A stretch of DNA of 64,000 nt. It comes from Myxococcota bacterium (GTDB lineage Bacteria; Myxococcota_A; UBA9160; UBA6930). The DNA lies in the NCBI GenBank assembly GCA_965223705.1, contig OZ245015.1, positions 2,848,001 to 2,912,000 on the forward strand, read 5' to 3'. A program made the position numbers and the translations under genes. The stretch's first letter is position 1. Each line of letters opens with the position of its first letter. Below, piece after piece: positions 1 through 9,299 of this stretch. Under the pieces are notes generated by a model. It was not told where the DNA came from. It searched no databases and saw only the letters and a list, made by a program, of their open reading frames with translations.

Positions 1-461
1 CCGAAGTGCTGCCAGCGGTAGTAGTAGTTCCACGCGGTCATCAAGCCCGCCTTGTCGGCCGGCGCGTTCGACAGCTCTTCTTCCGAAAACGGTTGGCCCG
101 CCACGTAGCCTTCGAGCGAACCGTCTTCCGCCAGCTTGCACTGCGCCGCGTACTGCAGCGTGGCGTCGCGATAGACCGGATGCGGTGGGTAGTCTCCCGT
201 CGCCGCAATCTCCATCCGGAACTCGGGGAAGTCGAGCTCGGGCGTGTAGCCGAGCGGCAGGAACGGTTCGACCCGCTCGAGATCGGCGGCGGTCAGCTTG
301 TCGCCCGGCTTGAAGGTCGGAACGGCGTCGCGATGCTCCGTCAGCCACGACAGCACCTGATCCCGCGTGACGTCGCGGACCCCGGCGGCCGGGTGAGCGA
401 GGACGCAGGCCAGACCGACCAGCACGGCGAGTTTCCAGGGCCGATTAAGCATTCTCATCAT
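1..461 (-). CDS. DUF1329-like secreted/outer-envelope protein, 5' part only (runs off window edge)
   Basis: Manual translation from ATG 461/458: MMRMLNRPWKLAVLVGLACVLAHPAAG (signal peptide)...PTFKPGDKLTAADLERVEPFLP...LEGYVAGQPFS...AGLMTAWNYYYRWQ. Start overlaps the TGA of the upstream gene. Not in the ORF track because no stop lies within the window. Confidence 0.7.
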   Translation of the reverse strand, partial: MMRMLNRPWKLAVLVGLACVLAHPAAGVRDVTRDQVLSWLTEHRDAVPTFKPGDKLTAADLERVEPFLPLGYTPELDFPEFRMEIAATGDYPPHPVYRDATLQYAAQCKLAEDGSLEGYVAGQPFSEEELSNAPADKAGLMTAWNYYYRWQHF

Positions 462-1684
462 GATCCCTCCGCGCGCACGGCTTCGGCGCGATCTCGTTGA
501 CTTGCGGGTACGAGCAGTAGGTTGCCCAGGAGTGCGATGTCTTCGTCCGAACTCTCCGAGAATCGGTTCTTCAAGGTCAGCAACACCTTACCGGCTCGAG
601 TCTCACCCCAGAACCAGTCGAGGAGCTCCTCTGCGCTGGCGCGTCGCGTCGCCGGTTGTTCGGCCGCGGCTTCGAAATAGAGCGCCTTGACGTCCTCGGC
701 GATGGCGCGTGTGATCTCGGCGAACGAACGGTCGTTCGGCGACTCCGACGCGCCGCCGAGACAAGCGGCGAGAAATTTCGCGCAGTCTTCGGGCGCGAGC
801 CCGCTCGCGCCGACCGTGGTCCCCTGCTTCGCTGCGACGCGCTCGTACCAGGGCAACATCTCCGCCATCTCGGCGAGGAACGCGTCCGCCAGTGGGGTTC
901 CGGTGGATGTCGGCTGGAGCGCGATAGGGCACGCCCAAGGCTCCCCATCGCCCGCGGCGACTTCGGGCGCTTCTTCCGCGAAATCTTCCAAGACTGGACC
1001 CTCTGGCTGGGACAGCAAGCCGAACGCCGCGAGGAGTACACGGCGTTGAAACGCCGCGTCGCCGGGCGCGCCCAGAGGGCGCCCCAGCGGGAAGGGTACC
1101 CACAGCGCCCTTGGCGGACCTATCGCCGCGGTGTGTTCGCGGACCAAGCTGATCGACACCGTCGCGACCCCCTCATCTTCCAAGTAATGACCCAGCCCGC
1201 TCACGGCGCGCGTGCAGAACGGTCAGACCGGGACGAGCAAGACCACCCGAACATCATCGGCGAGAAGTTGCTTCGCGAGCGATCGGGCGGCTCCCTCACA
1301 CGCGTCCGGCGCAGTCGCTCCCATAAACGAGTAGTGGTAATCGGCGACGCTCCCGATTTCGCCCTCTTCCGCGAGTTCGCGCAATCGGTCGAGGGGAAAC
1401 ACGACGTTGCGATCTTGCTGAAACCCGGTTCGGTCGAAATTGCTCGAGATGTGGGTCATGACGAGATCACCGGCGGCGACATCTCCCGGGATCACGCGGT
1501 AATCCGTCGCGCCCAAGTGAAACGGTCGCTCCCCCCGGAGCCCGAGACCGGCCGTAGAAACGATGGCAACCCGGCAATCCCCGAGCGCCGGCGGCGCGAC
1601 GAACGGAGCTCCCGCGAGGGGCTCGCAGGGCAGTCCGCGAAGCGCTTCCTGCATCGGGGGTTCGAGATCGGCGAGTCTTACCAT
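458..1684 (-). CDS. PrdB/GrdB-like reductase selenoprotein B family protein with Sec (UGA at 1223-1225) and an extra C-terminal domain, ~408 aa
   Basis: ORFs 1223..1684 and 458..1204 share one frame, separated by a single TGA. Read-through gives VLLVPV-U-PFC-TRAVSGLGHYLEDEGVATVSIS...PPRALWVPFPLGRPLG (UxxC). N-part has VAIVSTAG, DRNVVFPLDRL and HYSFMG, typical of the family. Confidence 0.85.
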
Positions 1685-1705
1685 CGAAGCTTCTCCATGG
1701 GATCG

Positions 1706-2383
1706 TTACTCGGCGAGTAGCTCCGCCAGGGTCGCGGGCCGGTGATCGGCTGGGAGCTGCGTGACGAAGCGATCGTAGTCGGCGGGCCGTGCGCGACGGC
1801 CGTGCGCGAACTGTCGCGCCACATTGGCGATGTGGTTACCGTGGAGTTCGGCGGTCTCGATGTCGCTCTTGGGCGGCGCCTCCGCCGCGGGCTCGTCGAT
1901 GTTCGCTTGGGCCATGACGCCCAGATAACCGGCCATGCGGTTGAGATCGTTCTCGCTTCCCGCGCTCGAGTAGTTTCCACCTGTGATGCGGAGCGGGACC
2001 CACAGCATGCCGAGCTGCGCCGCGAACGTGACCAACTGCTGGAGGCACGCCAACTTGTCGCCGCTGCGCCCCGCCGAGACCGTGAAGCCCCCGGCGATCT
2101 TGTTGACCCACATCCGCTCGAGCCAGACTTCGCCCGCGAGCTTCTCGATGAATTCCTTGAACCGGGCCGCCACGCTCCCGATATAGGTCGGCGTTCCGAA
2201 CACAATGGCGTCGGAACGGTGGAGCTCGGCCCAGTGCTCCTCGACGGAGTCGACGGGAATCAGATGGGTTCGCGTTCCTGGAACGGAATCTGCGCCGCGA
2301 GCCACGGCGCGAGCGAGCTGCTCCGTAGCGCCGCGAAATTGACTGAAGTAGACGACACAGATCTCGACAGGTGACTCATCCAT
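1706..2383 (-). CDS. Flavodoxin/WrbA-like NAD(P)H-dependent oxidoreductase
   Basis: VVYFSQFRGATEQLA, DAIVFGTPTYIGSVA, NKIAGGFTVS...SGDK motifs. Confidence 0.85.
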   Translation of the reverse strand: MDESPVEICVVYFSQFRGATEQLARAVARGADSVPGTRTHLIPVDSVEEHWAELHRSDAIVFGTPTYIGSVAARFKEFIEKLAGEVWLERMWVNKIAGGFTVSAGRSGDKLACLQQLVTFAAQLGMLWVPLRITGGNYSSAGSENDLNRMAGYLGVMAQANIDEPAAEAPPKSDIETAELHGNHIANVARQFAHGRRARPADYDRFVTQLPADHRPATLAELLAE

Positions 2384-2427
2384 GGGTCGCGTTACGTTAG
2401 CGTGACTTGCACCGGGAGGATTCTCCG

Positions 2428-2907
2428 TTGGACTACCACCACGTTTGTCTCGTCGTTCGCGACGCGGATCGTACGCTGCGGCTGTTTCGCGACGTGATGG
2501 GCTTTCGCGTGCTCATCGATCGCGAAATCCCCGACGGCGGTGATTATTTCGATCAGCGCACCCTCGACGACATCTTCAAGACAGCGGGCGCCTCCTCCCG
2601 TTTGGTGCTGCTGGCCTCGCCCACCGGCGCTTATCTCGAACTCGAGGAGCCCCGAGTGCCGAGCGTCCAAACGACGCCTTCGGAGGGAAGGCGCTACGGA
2701 TGGACCGGCATCCAGGAGCTCGCATTCCAGGTGGACGACCTCGACCACTGGTGGAACGCGATCCGCGATGCTGGCTACGAGACCCAGACGGACTACATCT
2801 GGGAGGTCGCTCGCGGCTCCCGGTCGTTTCTCTTCTACGACCCCGACGGCAACATGATCCAGCTCGTCGAGGAGCCCGCGGGCCGGGGGCGTCCCGTCGC
2901 CCGCTAG
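2428..2907 (+). CDS. VOC/glyoxalase family protein
   Basis: YHHVCLVVRD...LELEE...ELAFQVDD...FLFYDPDGNMIQLVE; TTG start preceded by GGAGG. Confidence 0.85.
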   Translation: MDYHHVCLVVRDADRTLRLFRDVMGFRVLIDREIPDGGDYFDQRTLDDIFKTAGASSRLVLLASPTGAYLELEEPRVPSVQTTPSEGRRYGWTGIQELAFQVDDLDHWWNAIRDAGYETQTDYIWEVARGSRSFLFYDPDGNMIQLVEEPAGRGRPVAR

Positions 2908-4178
2908 CCGGTTGGGCCTTCCAGAAGAATCACAGAGCAAGCGGCCTCTTCGAGGCCGATCACACCGCCACCGTTCTCTTGGAGAGCGATGCGCGCGCCC
3001 TCGACTTGGCGCGGACCCGCCTCGCCGCGGAGCTGCGTCGCGAGCTCGTAGATCATCGACAGGCCGGTGGCGCCCACCGGATGGCCCTTCGAGACGAGGC
3101 CGCCCGAGGTATTGATCGGCAGGCGACCGTCCGGACCTGTGGCGCCCGACTCGACGAAACGGCCGCCCTCGCCGAATTCGCAGAAACCCATCATCTCGGA
3201 CTGGTAGACCTCGCAGAACGAACACGCGTCGTGAATTTCAGCGACGTCGACGTCGGCCGGCGTGAGGCCCGAAAATGCGTACGCGCGCTTGGCCGCGTCG
3301 TGCGAGAGGGAAGGCTCGTCCGGCTTGCGGTAATAGCCGCCGGTGAGTGCGCTGGCGCGCACTTTCACGGCGCGGCGACGCACGTCGTCCGAAACGCGGT
3401 CGAGGTAGGAAGGCGAGCACAGCAGGGCCGATGCCGCGCCGTCGCCGATCGGCGCGCACATGGCGCGAGTCAGTGGGAACGATACTTCGCGGTCCTCGAG
3501 CACCTGCTCCACGGTCTGCGTGAACCGGTACTGCGCGAGCGGATTGAGCGCGCCGTAGTTGTGATTCTTCGCCGCGCCGACGGCGATTTGGCGCTGGGTC
3601 GTGCCGTAGCGCTTCATGTGCAGCGCCGCCTGAATCGCATAGGTATCCATGAAGAAACTGCGGTCGGTGCCGGTCTCGAAGGGCACCTCGGCGAGCTCCG
3701 CCGCGCGTTCGTATTCGGCGAAGAGTCGCGGCAGATCGAAGTTGTCGACCCCATTCATGAAGCCCTTCATCATGCGCTTCTTCATTTCGGGGCTCTTCGC
3801 GGCTTTCGGCAGGAAGAGCTTTTCGACACCCATCGCGAGAACCAGATCCGACTGCCCGGAGAGCACGTCCTTCCACGCGCTGTGAAAGGCCATCGAGCCC
3901 GTGGCGCAGGCACCTTCGACGTTGATGATCGGCACGCGCTTGGGGAAGCTGCCGTCGTCGACCAACGGGATCGTGCACACCTGGCCGCGGATCGTTCCCT
4001 GCTTCGCCCCGTGCATGGCGCAGTTTCCGAAGTACGCGAAACCGATGTCGTCGCCGCCCGCGAGCTCCGCGTCCGCGAGGACACCGCGGTACGTCTCGGC
4101 TGCGAGATCCTTGAACGAGGCTTCCGGTTTCTTTCCGAACGTCGTCGAGTGCGTTCCGATGACGTAGACGTCTCCCAT
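2904..4178 (-). CDS. Thiolase family protein (SCP2-thiolase type)
   Basis: NVEGACATGS, EIHDAC, INTSGGLVSKGHPVGATG, ENGGG motifs; ATG 4178 after AAAGGA. Confidence 0.9.
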   Translation of the reverse strand: MGDVYVIGTHSTTFGKKPEASFKDLAAETYRGVLADAELAGGDDIGFAYFGNCAMHGAKQGTIRGQVCTIPLVDDGSFPKRVPIINVEGACATGSMAFHSAWKDVLSGQSDLVLAMGVEKLFLPKAAKSPEMKKRMMKGFMNGVDNFDLPRLFAEYERAAELAEVPFETGTDRSFFMDTYAIQAALHMKRYGTTQRQIAVGAAKNHNYGALNPLAQYRFTQTVEQVLEDREVSFPLTRAMCAPIGDGAASALLCSPSYLDRVSDDVRRRAVKVRASALTGGYYRKPDEPSLSHDAAKRAYAFSGLTPADVDVAEIHDACSFCEVYQSEMMGFCEFGEGGRFVESGATGPDGRLPINTSGGLVSKGHPVGATGLSMIYELATQLRGEAGPRQVEGARIALQENGGGVIGLEEAACSVILLEGPTG

Positions 4179-4339
4179 GCGGTGTCCTTTCCGGTTCGCG
4201 GGCAAAGAAGGTGCAGTATCTGCGCGCGGTTTGCCGCCGCCCTGCCCCTCGCGCGCCAGAGACGTCACCTCGACACCCGGCCCGGCCACTTACGGACGGG
4301 AAAAGAGGAAGGACTCGGGGGGGACCGATCGAGGTGGAT

Positions 4340-4879
4340 ATGTCGCGCTTTGCTTGCTTGCCTGCCTTGCTTTCGACGATCGCGCTCTTCGGTTGCGCAA
4401 CGAACTTGGGCACCGGAGAGGCCGTCATTTCGGAGCTTCATCACACTTATCCGATCACAGTGGGACGTCTGGTCGAGGCGCATCTCGACAAGAGCGATCG
4501 CCTGCGAGTCTATCTACAGGCCTGCGAAGAGCGTGGACCTGGGCAAATGCTGTGTCACGACGACACGTTCCGAATGCTCGCGGTCGTGAGCGCGGAGCGA
4601 AAGTCGCTTCTCGAGCGCATCGACACGCGGTATCTCGAAGCGGGCAAGGACATGCCGATTTACGTCTATGGCCCGCGCTGCGAGGGCAAGGAAGAGATGA
4701 TCGTCATACCGCGTTGCCAAGAAGCGCTCGCCCTCGGCATTTGGGATCCATATCTCAGTGACTACGTTTTCTATTCGACGCGACACGGGTCCGGAAGTTT
4801 CGTCGAGTCGGAAGGCTTCGAATCGTTTCTCAACGTAACGGGTCGCGCCGCCGGAATCGTCAAAAAGGCAGCGCGCTAG
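4340..4879 (+). CDS. Hypothetical lipoprotein
   Basis: GAGGTGG RBS then MSRFACLPALLSTIALFG-C (lipobox); four further Cys in the mature region. Confidence 0.7.
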   Translation: MSRFACLPALLSTIALFGCATNLGTGEAVISELHHTYPITVGRLVEAHLDKSDRLRVYLQACEERGPGQMLCHDDTFRMLAVVSAERKSLLERIDTRYLEAGKDMPIYVYGPRCEGKEEMIVIPRCQEALALGIWDPYLSDYVFYSTRHGSGSFVESEGFESFLNVTGRAAGIVKKAAR

Positions 4880-4936
4880 CGATCCCCGCCTTCCCCGCGT
4901 GGTAGGCTTCGAGCGAAACGCGCTCGGGGGCCTCGC

Positions 4937-5845
4937 ATGCCGCAGAATCAACGCATCCTGATCACCGGAACGAGTTCGGGCTTCGGTCGCGCGGCGACGC
5001 TCGAGCTGCTCGCACGTGGGCATACCGTCATCGCGACCATGCGCGACCTCGCAGGCCGCAACGCGGAAAACGCGAAGCCATTGGTCGACGCCGCCGACGC
5101 CGGGCCGGGCACGTTGACGGTGCTCGATCTCGATGTGAGGGACGACGCTTCCGTTCGCAGCGCTGTCGCTCGTGCGGAAGAGCGCCACGGTGGCATCGAT
5201 GTCGCGTGGAACAACGCCGGTGTCGCACCCATGGGGATCTCCGAGGGTTTCACCGACGAACAGCTGCTTCGGGCTCTCGACACGAATGTCGTGGGCGTGC
5301 AACGCGTGAATCGCGCCGTGCTGCCCGGGATGCGTGCGCGGGGACGGGGCTTGCTGATTCACTCGGGCAGTACGATGGGCCGCATCGTGTGGCCCTTCGC
5401 GGGACTCTACACGGCGACGAAGTTCGCCCTGGAAGGTCTCGTCGAGAGCTTGGCCTACGACCTCGCCGGATCGGGTGTCGAGGTCTCGATCCTTCAACCC
5501 GGCGCTTTCGCGACGGAGCTGCTCGGAAAAATGGAAGGGCCCGGCGAAGCGGAGCGCCTCGACAGCTACGGTGAACTCGCCGCACGACCCGACGCGTACT
5601 GGGGCCCCTTCATGGAGGCGCTCGCAAAGGAGGCACCGCCGGTCTCGCTCGTCGCGAACGCGGTGGTCGAGCTGGTAGAGATGCCCGCCGGCGACCGCCC
5701 CCTGCGACGCGTCGTCGACGTCATGGGCGTCGCGGACGTCGTGGAAGAGCTGAACCACGCCGCGGCCGACGTCCAGCGGCGCCTGTTCCTCCAATCCGAT
5801 GCACTGGATCTCCTCGAACCGGCCCTCCCGCCTAGTAGGGATTGA
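4937..5845 (+). CDS. Short-chain dehydrogenase/reductase
   Basis: ITGTSSGFG, NNAG, YTATK motifs. Confidence 0.9.
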   Translation: MPQNQRILITGTSSGFGRAATLELLARGHTVIATMRDLAGRNAENAKPLVDAADAGPGTLTVLDLDVRDDASVRSAVARAEERHGGIDVAWNNAGVAPMGISEGFTDEQLLRALDTNVVGVQRVNRAVLPGMRARGRGLLIHSGSTMGRIVWPFAGLYTATKFALEGLVESLAYDLAGSGVEVSILQPGAFATELLGKMEGPGEAERLDSYGELAARPDAYWGPFMEALAKEAPPVSLVANAVVELVEMPAGDRPLRRVVDVMGVADVVEELNHAAADVQRRLFLQSDALDLLEPALPPSRD

Positions 5846-6752
5846 AGTTCAGGCGGAGCCCCGGGCGGTGCCACGTCGTGCGCCTCAGCGTGCCGGATCG
5901 CGAACACGTGATATGCGCCGTACGCATGTCGGATCCGCCGAAGCAGATATTCGTCGTCAGCGGGTCGCCGGTCGGGATGTGCAGCGTTGTCCCGTCGTTG
6001 GGGTCGACATCGGTGATGCCCCCATTTCGAATCGTGGCGACCGCGATGTGGCCTTCGGAATCGACGGCGAGGCTGTCGAGTAACTGCTCGCCGGGAAGTC
6101 CCGCGAGGACGTCGCCACGGGTCCGCTTCCCGTAGGGCCCCCGGATCACGCCCGGAGCCTCGAGCTCCCAGCGTCGGACCCGCCCCACGTGGGTTTCCGC
6201 GACGTACACCGTCTTCTCATCCGGTGACAGCCCGACTCCGTTCGGGCCTTCGAGTGGGAACACGACTTCCTGAATCCACGATCCGTCGGGTTTCGCGTAG
6301 TACAGACCGCCGCGATCGACGGTTCGCTCGTAGGTTTTTCCGTGGTCGGTAAACCACATGCCGCCTTGGCGATCAAACACGAGGTCGTTCGGTCCCTTGA
6401 GCGGGTGTCCCCCGACTTCGGTGTACAACGTCTCGACGGTGCCACTCTCGATATCGACGGCTTGGATCGAGCCGCCGACGTAGCTCTCGAGGGTTTCGAG
6501 AATGCGGGTCTGGCCGTCCCGTACCTCGGTATCGAAGCCACCGTTGTTGCAGACGTAAACGCGGCCGTCGGGACCGAACGCCGCCCCGTTCGGCCCCCCG
6601 CCGCAGTCGGCGACGACTTCGATTTCGCCGTCGGGCAAGACCCGCGACAGAGTTCCGCGCGCAATTTCGACGAGAATGACCGATCCGTCGGGCATGGCGA
6701 TCGGTCCTTCAGGAAATTGAAGCCCCGACGCTACGACGTCCATCTCCTTCAT
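5832..6752 (-). CDS. SMP-30/gluconolactonase/LRE family protein
   Basis: FPEGP, GPNG, GPNDL, PNGVGLSPD, TNICFGG motifs. Confidence 0.9.
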   Translation of the reverse strand: MKEMDVVASGLQFPEGPIAMPDGSVILVEIARGTLSRVLPDGEIEVVADCGGGPNGAAFGPDGRVYVCNNGGFDTEVRDGQTRILETLESYVGGSIQAVDIESGTVETLYTEVGGHPLKGPNDLVFDRQGGMWFTDHGKTYERTVDRGGLYYAKPDGSWIQEVVFPLEGPNGVGLSPDEKTVYVAETHVGRVRRWELEAPGVIRGPYGKRTRGDVLAGLPGEQLLDSLAVDSEGHIAVATIRNGGITDVDPNDGTTLHIPTGDPLTTNICFGGSDMRTAHITCSRSGTLRRTTWHRPGLRLNFNPY

Positions 6753-6848
6753 ACAGCCTCCTCGCTTTGAGATCGATGCATGCTACCAAGGAGTTTCGGA
6801 GAGGCGGCGAGGAAAAGAACGCCGCGCGAAAACTGCGAGAGGAGCAGG

Positions 6849-7622
6849 ATGGGACGCGTAGAGGGCAAGGTCGCATTGGTCACCGGTGGAGCCTCGGGCA
6901 TCGGCCGGGGATGTGCGCTCCGGTTGGCGGAAGAAGGAGCGGCTGTCGCCGTTACCGACATTCAGGACGAAGCCGGCGCAGCGGTGGTCGCCGAGATCGA
7001 AGCGGCGGGAGGTCGCGCTTGCTATCTGCGCCAGGACGTCACCGACGAAGCCCGCTGGATCGAAGTCGTCCAGTCGATCGCCGACCGCTTCGGGACCATC
7101 GACGTCTTGGTGAACAATGCGGGCATCGGGTTGCTCGGACCGGTAACGGATCTCACCCTGGAAGATTGGCGCCGGCAGAACGCCATCAACCTCGACGGTG
7201 TCTTTCTCGGAACGAAGCACACGGTTCCCATCATGCGCCAAGGCGGCGGGGGATCGATCATCAACATGTCGTCGGTAGCCGGCTTGCAAGGCGCGCCGAA
7301 CTTCTCGGGTTATTGCGCGAGCAAGGGCGGCGTTCGTTTGTTCACGAAAGCCGTCGCCCTCGAGTGCGCCGGCGATCGCATTCGGGTGAATTCCGTCCAC
7401 CCGGGCGTCATCGACACGCCGATCTGGTCGAGCGCGGCGGGTCCCGCCGGAACGGCGGCCCCTGCAGTCGACCCCAAGGCCATCGCCACGGGCATGGTCC
7501 CGGGTGGCGAAGTCGGCTACCCGCGCGATATCGCGGATGGCGTCTTGTACTTGGCGTCGGACGAGTCGCGCTACATGACCGGCGCCGAACTCGTCATCGA
7601 CGCAGGCATCACCGCCGGCTAA
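6849..7622 (+). CDS. SDR family oxidoreductase (3-alpha/20-beta-HSD or cyclopentanol-DH-like)
   Basis: GKVALVTGGASGIG, VNNAG, YCASKGG, IRVNSVHPG motifs; ATG 6849 after GGAG. Confidence 0.9.
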   Translation: MGRVEGKVALVTGGASGIGRGCALRLAEEGAAVAVTDIQDEAGAAVVAEIEAAGGRACYLRQDVTDEARWIEVVQSIADRFGTIDVLVNNAGIGLLGPVTDLTLEDWRRQNAINLDGVFLGTKHTVPIMRQGGGGSIINMSSVAGLQGAPNFSGYCASKGGVRLFTKAVALECAGDRIRVNSVHPGVIDTPIWSSAAGPAGTAAPAVDPKAIATGMVPGGEVGYPRDIADGVLYLASDESRYMTGAELVIDAGITAG

Positions 7623-8713
7623 CCCAGAGGAAGCCCCAGAGCCTCCGCGACAACCCGGTGGGTCACGCGCCCGGCGCGAATGTTCTGGCCTTCCGCGAGT
7701 CCCGGGTCCTCGGCCATAGCGGCATCCCAACCGAGGTCTGCGATCCGCCGAACGTACGGCAGGGTCGCGTTCATCAGCGCTTGGGTCGATGTCTTCGGCA
7801 CCGCGCCGGGAATGTTCGTCACGCAGTAGTGTACGACGCCGTCTTGGACGAAGGTCGGATCCTCGTGTGTGGTCGGACGACTCGTCTCGAAACAACCGCC
7901 CTGATCGATAGAAATGTCGACCATCACCGCGCCGGGACGCATCGTCTTCACCGTTTCGGCCGATACGAGCTTCGGCGCCGCACCGCCCGCCACCAGCACC
8001 GCACCGATGACGAGGTCCGCCTCACGTACCAGACTCTCCACCGTATCGCGGGTGGAGTACGCGGTTTTGATCGTCGAACCGAAGAGCGCTGAGAGCTCGC
8101 GCAAACGAGGGACGGAAAGATCGACCACCGTAACGTCCGCGCGCAGCCCCACCGCCATCTCGATGGCGCCGGTGCCGGCGACACCGCCCCCCAGCACGAC
8201 GACCTTGGCCGGTGCAACACCGGGCACACCGCCGAGTAGCACGCCCGCGCCGCCGTTCGTCCGCTGCAAGTGAACCGCGCCCACCTGCACCGACATGCGA
8301 CCGGCGACCTCGCTCATCGGTGTCAGTAGCGGGAGGCTCCCGTCCTTCGCGCGTACCGTCTCGTAGGCGATCGCGGTGCCGCCCGAATCGAGGAGCGCCT
8401 TCGCTTGCTCGCGATCGGCGGCGAGATGGAGGAAGGTAAAGAGCGCCTGACCTTCCCCGAGCCGCGCGCACTCCTCCGCCTGAGGTTCTTTTACTTTCAC
8501 GATGAGCGAGGCTTCGCGGAACACTTCCTCCGCCGTCGCCAGCACGGTGGCGCCCGCGCCCACATAACTCGCGTCGTCGGCACCGCTTCCCAAACCGGCG
8601 CCGCGCTCGACGAACACGCGATGCCCCGCGGCGACCAGCTCGCGGACACCGGCCGGGGTCATCGCGACCCGGTACTCCTGATCCTTGATCTCGCGCGGGA
8701 TCCCGACGTCCAT
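7619..8713 (-). CDS. ald: Alanine dehydrogenase
   Basis: GIPREIKDQEYRVAMTP, VKVKEP, FTFLHLA, AIAYETV, PMSEVAG, DISIDQGGCFETS, HYCVTNIPGAVP. Confidence 0.95.
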   Translation of the reverse strand: MDVGIPREIKDQEYRVAMTPAGVRELVAAGHRVFVERGAGLGSGADDASYVGAGATVLATAEEVFREASLIVKVKEPQAEECARLGEGQALFTFLHLAADREQAKALLDSGGTAIAYETVRAKDGSLPLLTPMSEVAGRMSVQVGAVHLQRTNGGAGVLLGGVPGVAPAKVVVLGGGVAGTGAIEMAVGLRADVTVVDLSVPRLRELSALFGSTIKTAYSTRDTVESLVREADLVIGAVLVAGGAAPKLVSAETVKTMRPGAVMVDISIDQGGCFETSRPTTHEDPTFVQDGVVHYCVTNIPGAVPKTSTQALMNATLPYVRRIADLGWDAAMAEDPGLAEGQNIRAGRVTHRVVAEALGLPLG

Positions 8714-8837
8714 CCTCCACCTCCTATCGAGCAGACTAACGCCTCTTCGGAGACGGATTGTTGCGATGATTCGAATAAATCGGACCTAAATCGAAGATTA
8801 TTGCCAAAAGATCGTTTTTAATACTAGATTCTGCACA

Positions 8838-9299
8838 ATGGACGGACATGACCGGGAAATTCTGCGAACCCTTCAAACTGATGGCCGGCTCTCGAACGTC
8901 GAGCTCGCCGGCCGGGTCCATCTCTCGGAATCGGCGTGCTTACGGCGCGTGCGCGCGCTCGAGGCGGACGGCGTCATCCGCGGCTACAGCGCCCGACTCG
9001 ATCCGGGTCCTCTGGGGCTCTCGACCAACGTCTTCGTCCACGTCGCGCTGCAACGCCAAGACCAGGCCGACCTCGAGCGGTTTGAGAACGCGGTCCAAGA
9101 ACTTCCGGAAGTGATGGAGTGCTACTTGATGACCGGGGAGTTCGATTACCTACTGCGCGTGGTCGCAGGGGATAGTGCGGACTTCGAGCGCGTCCACAGT
9201 CGCCTGACGCGCCTTCCGGGCGTGGCGCGGATCCAGTCGAGCTTCGCGCTACGCGCGGTTCGCCAGACCGCCGCGCTTCCGATTCGCGAGCCGGCCTAA
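8838..9299 (+). CDS. Lrp/AsnC family regulator, divergent from ald (AldR-like)
   Basis: HTH LSNVELAGRVHLSESACLRRV and PEVMECYLMTGEFDYLLRV; AT-rich 124-bp divergent spacer to ald. Confidence 0.9.
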   Translation: MDGHDREILRTLQTDGRLSNVELAGRVHLSESACLRRVRALEADGVIRGYSARLDPGPLGLSTNVFVHVALQRQDQADLERFENAVQELPEVMECYLMTGEFDYLLRVVAGDSADFERVHSRLTRLPGVARIQSSFALRAVRQTAALPIREPA

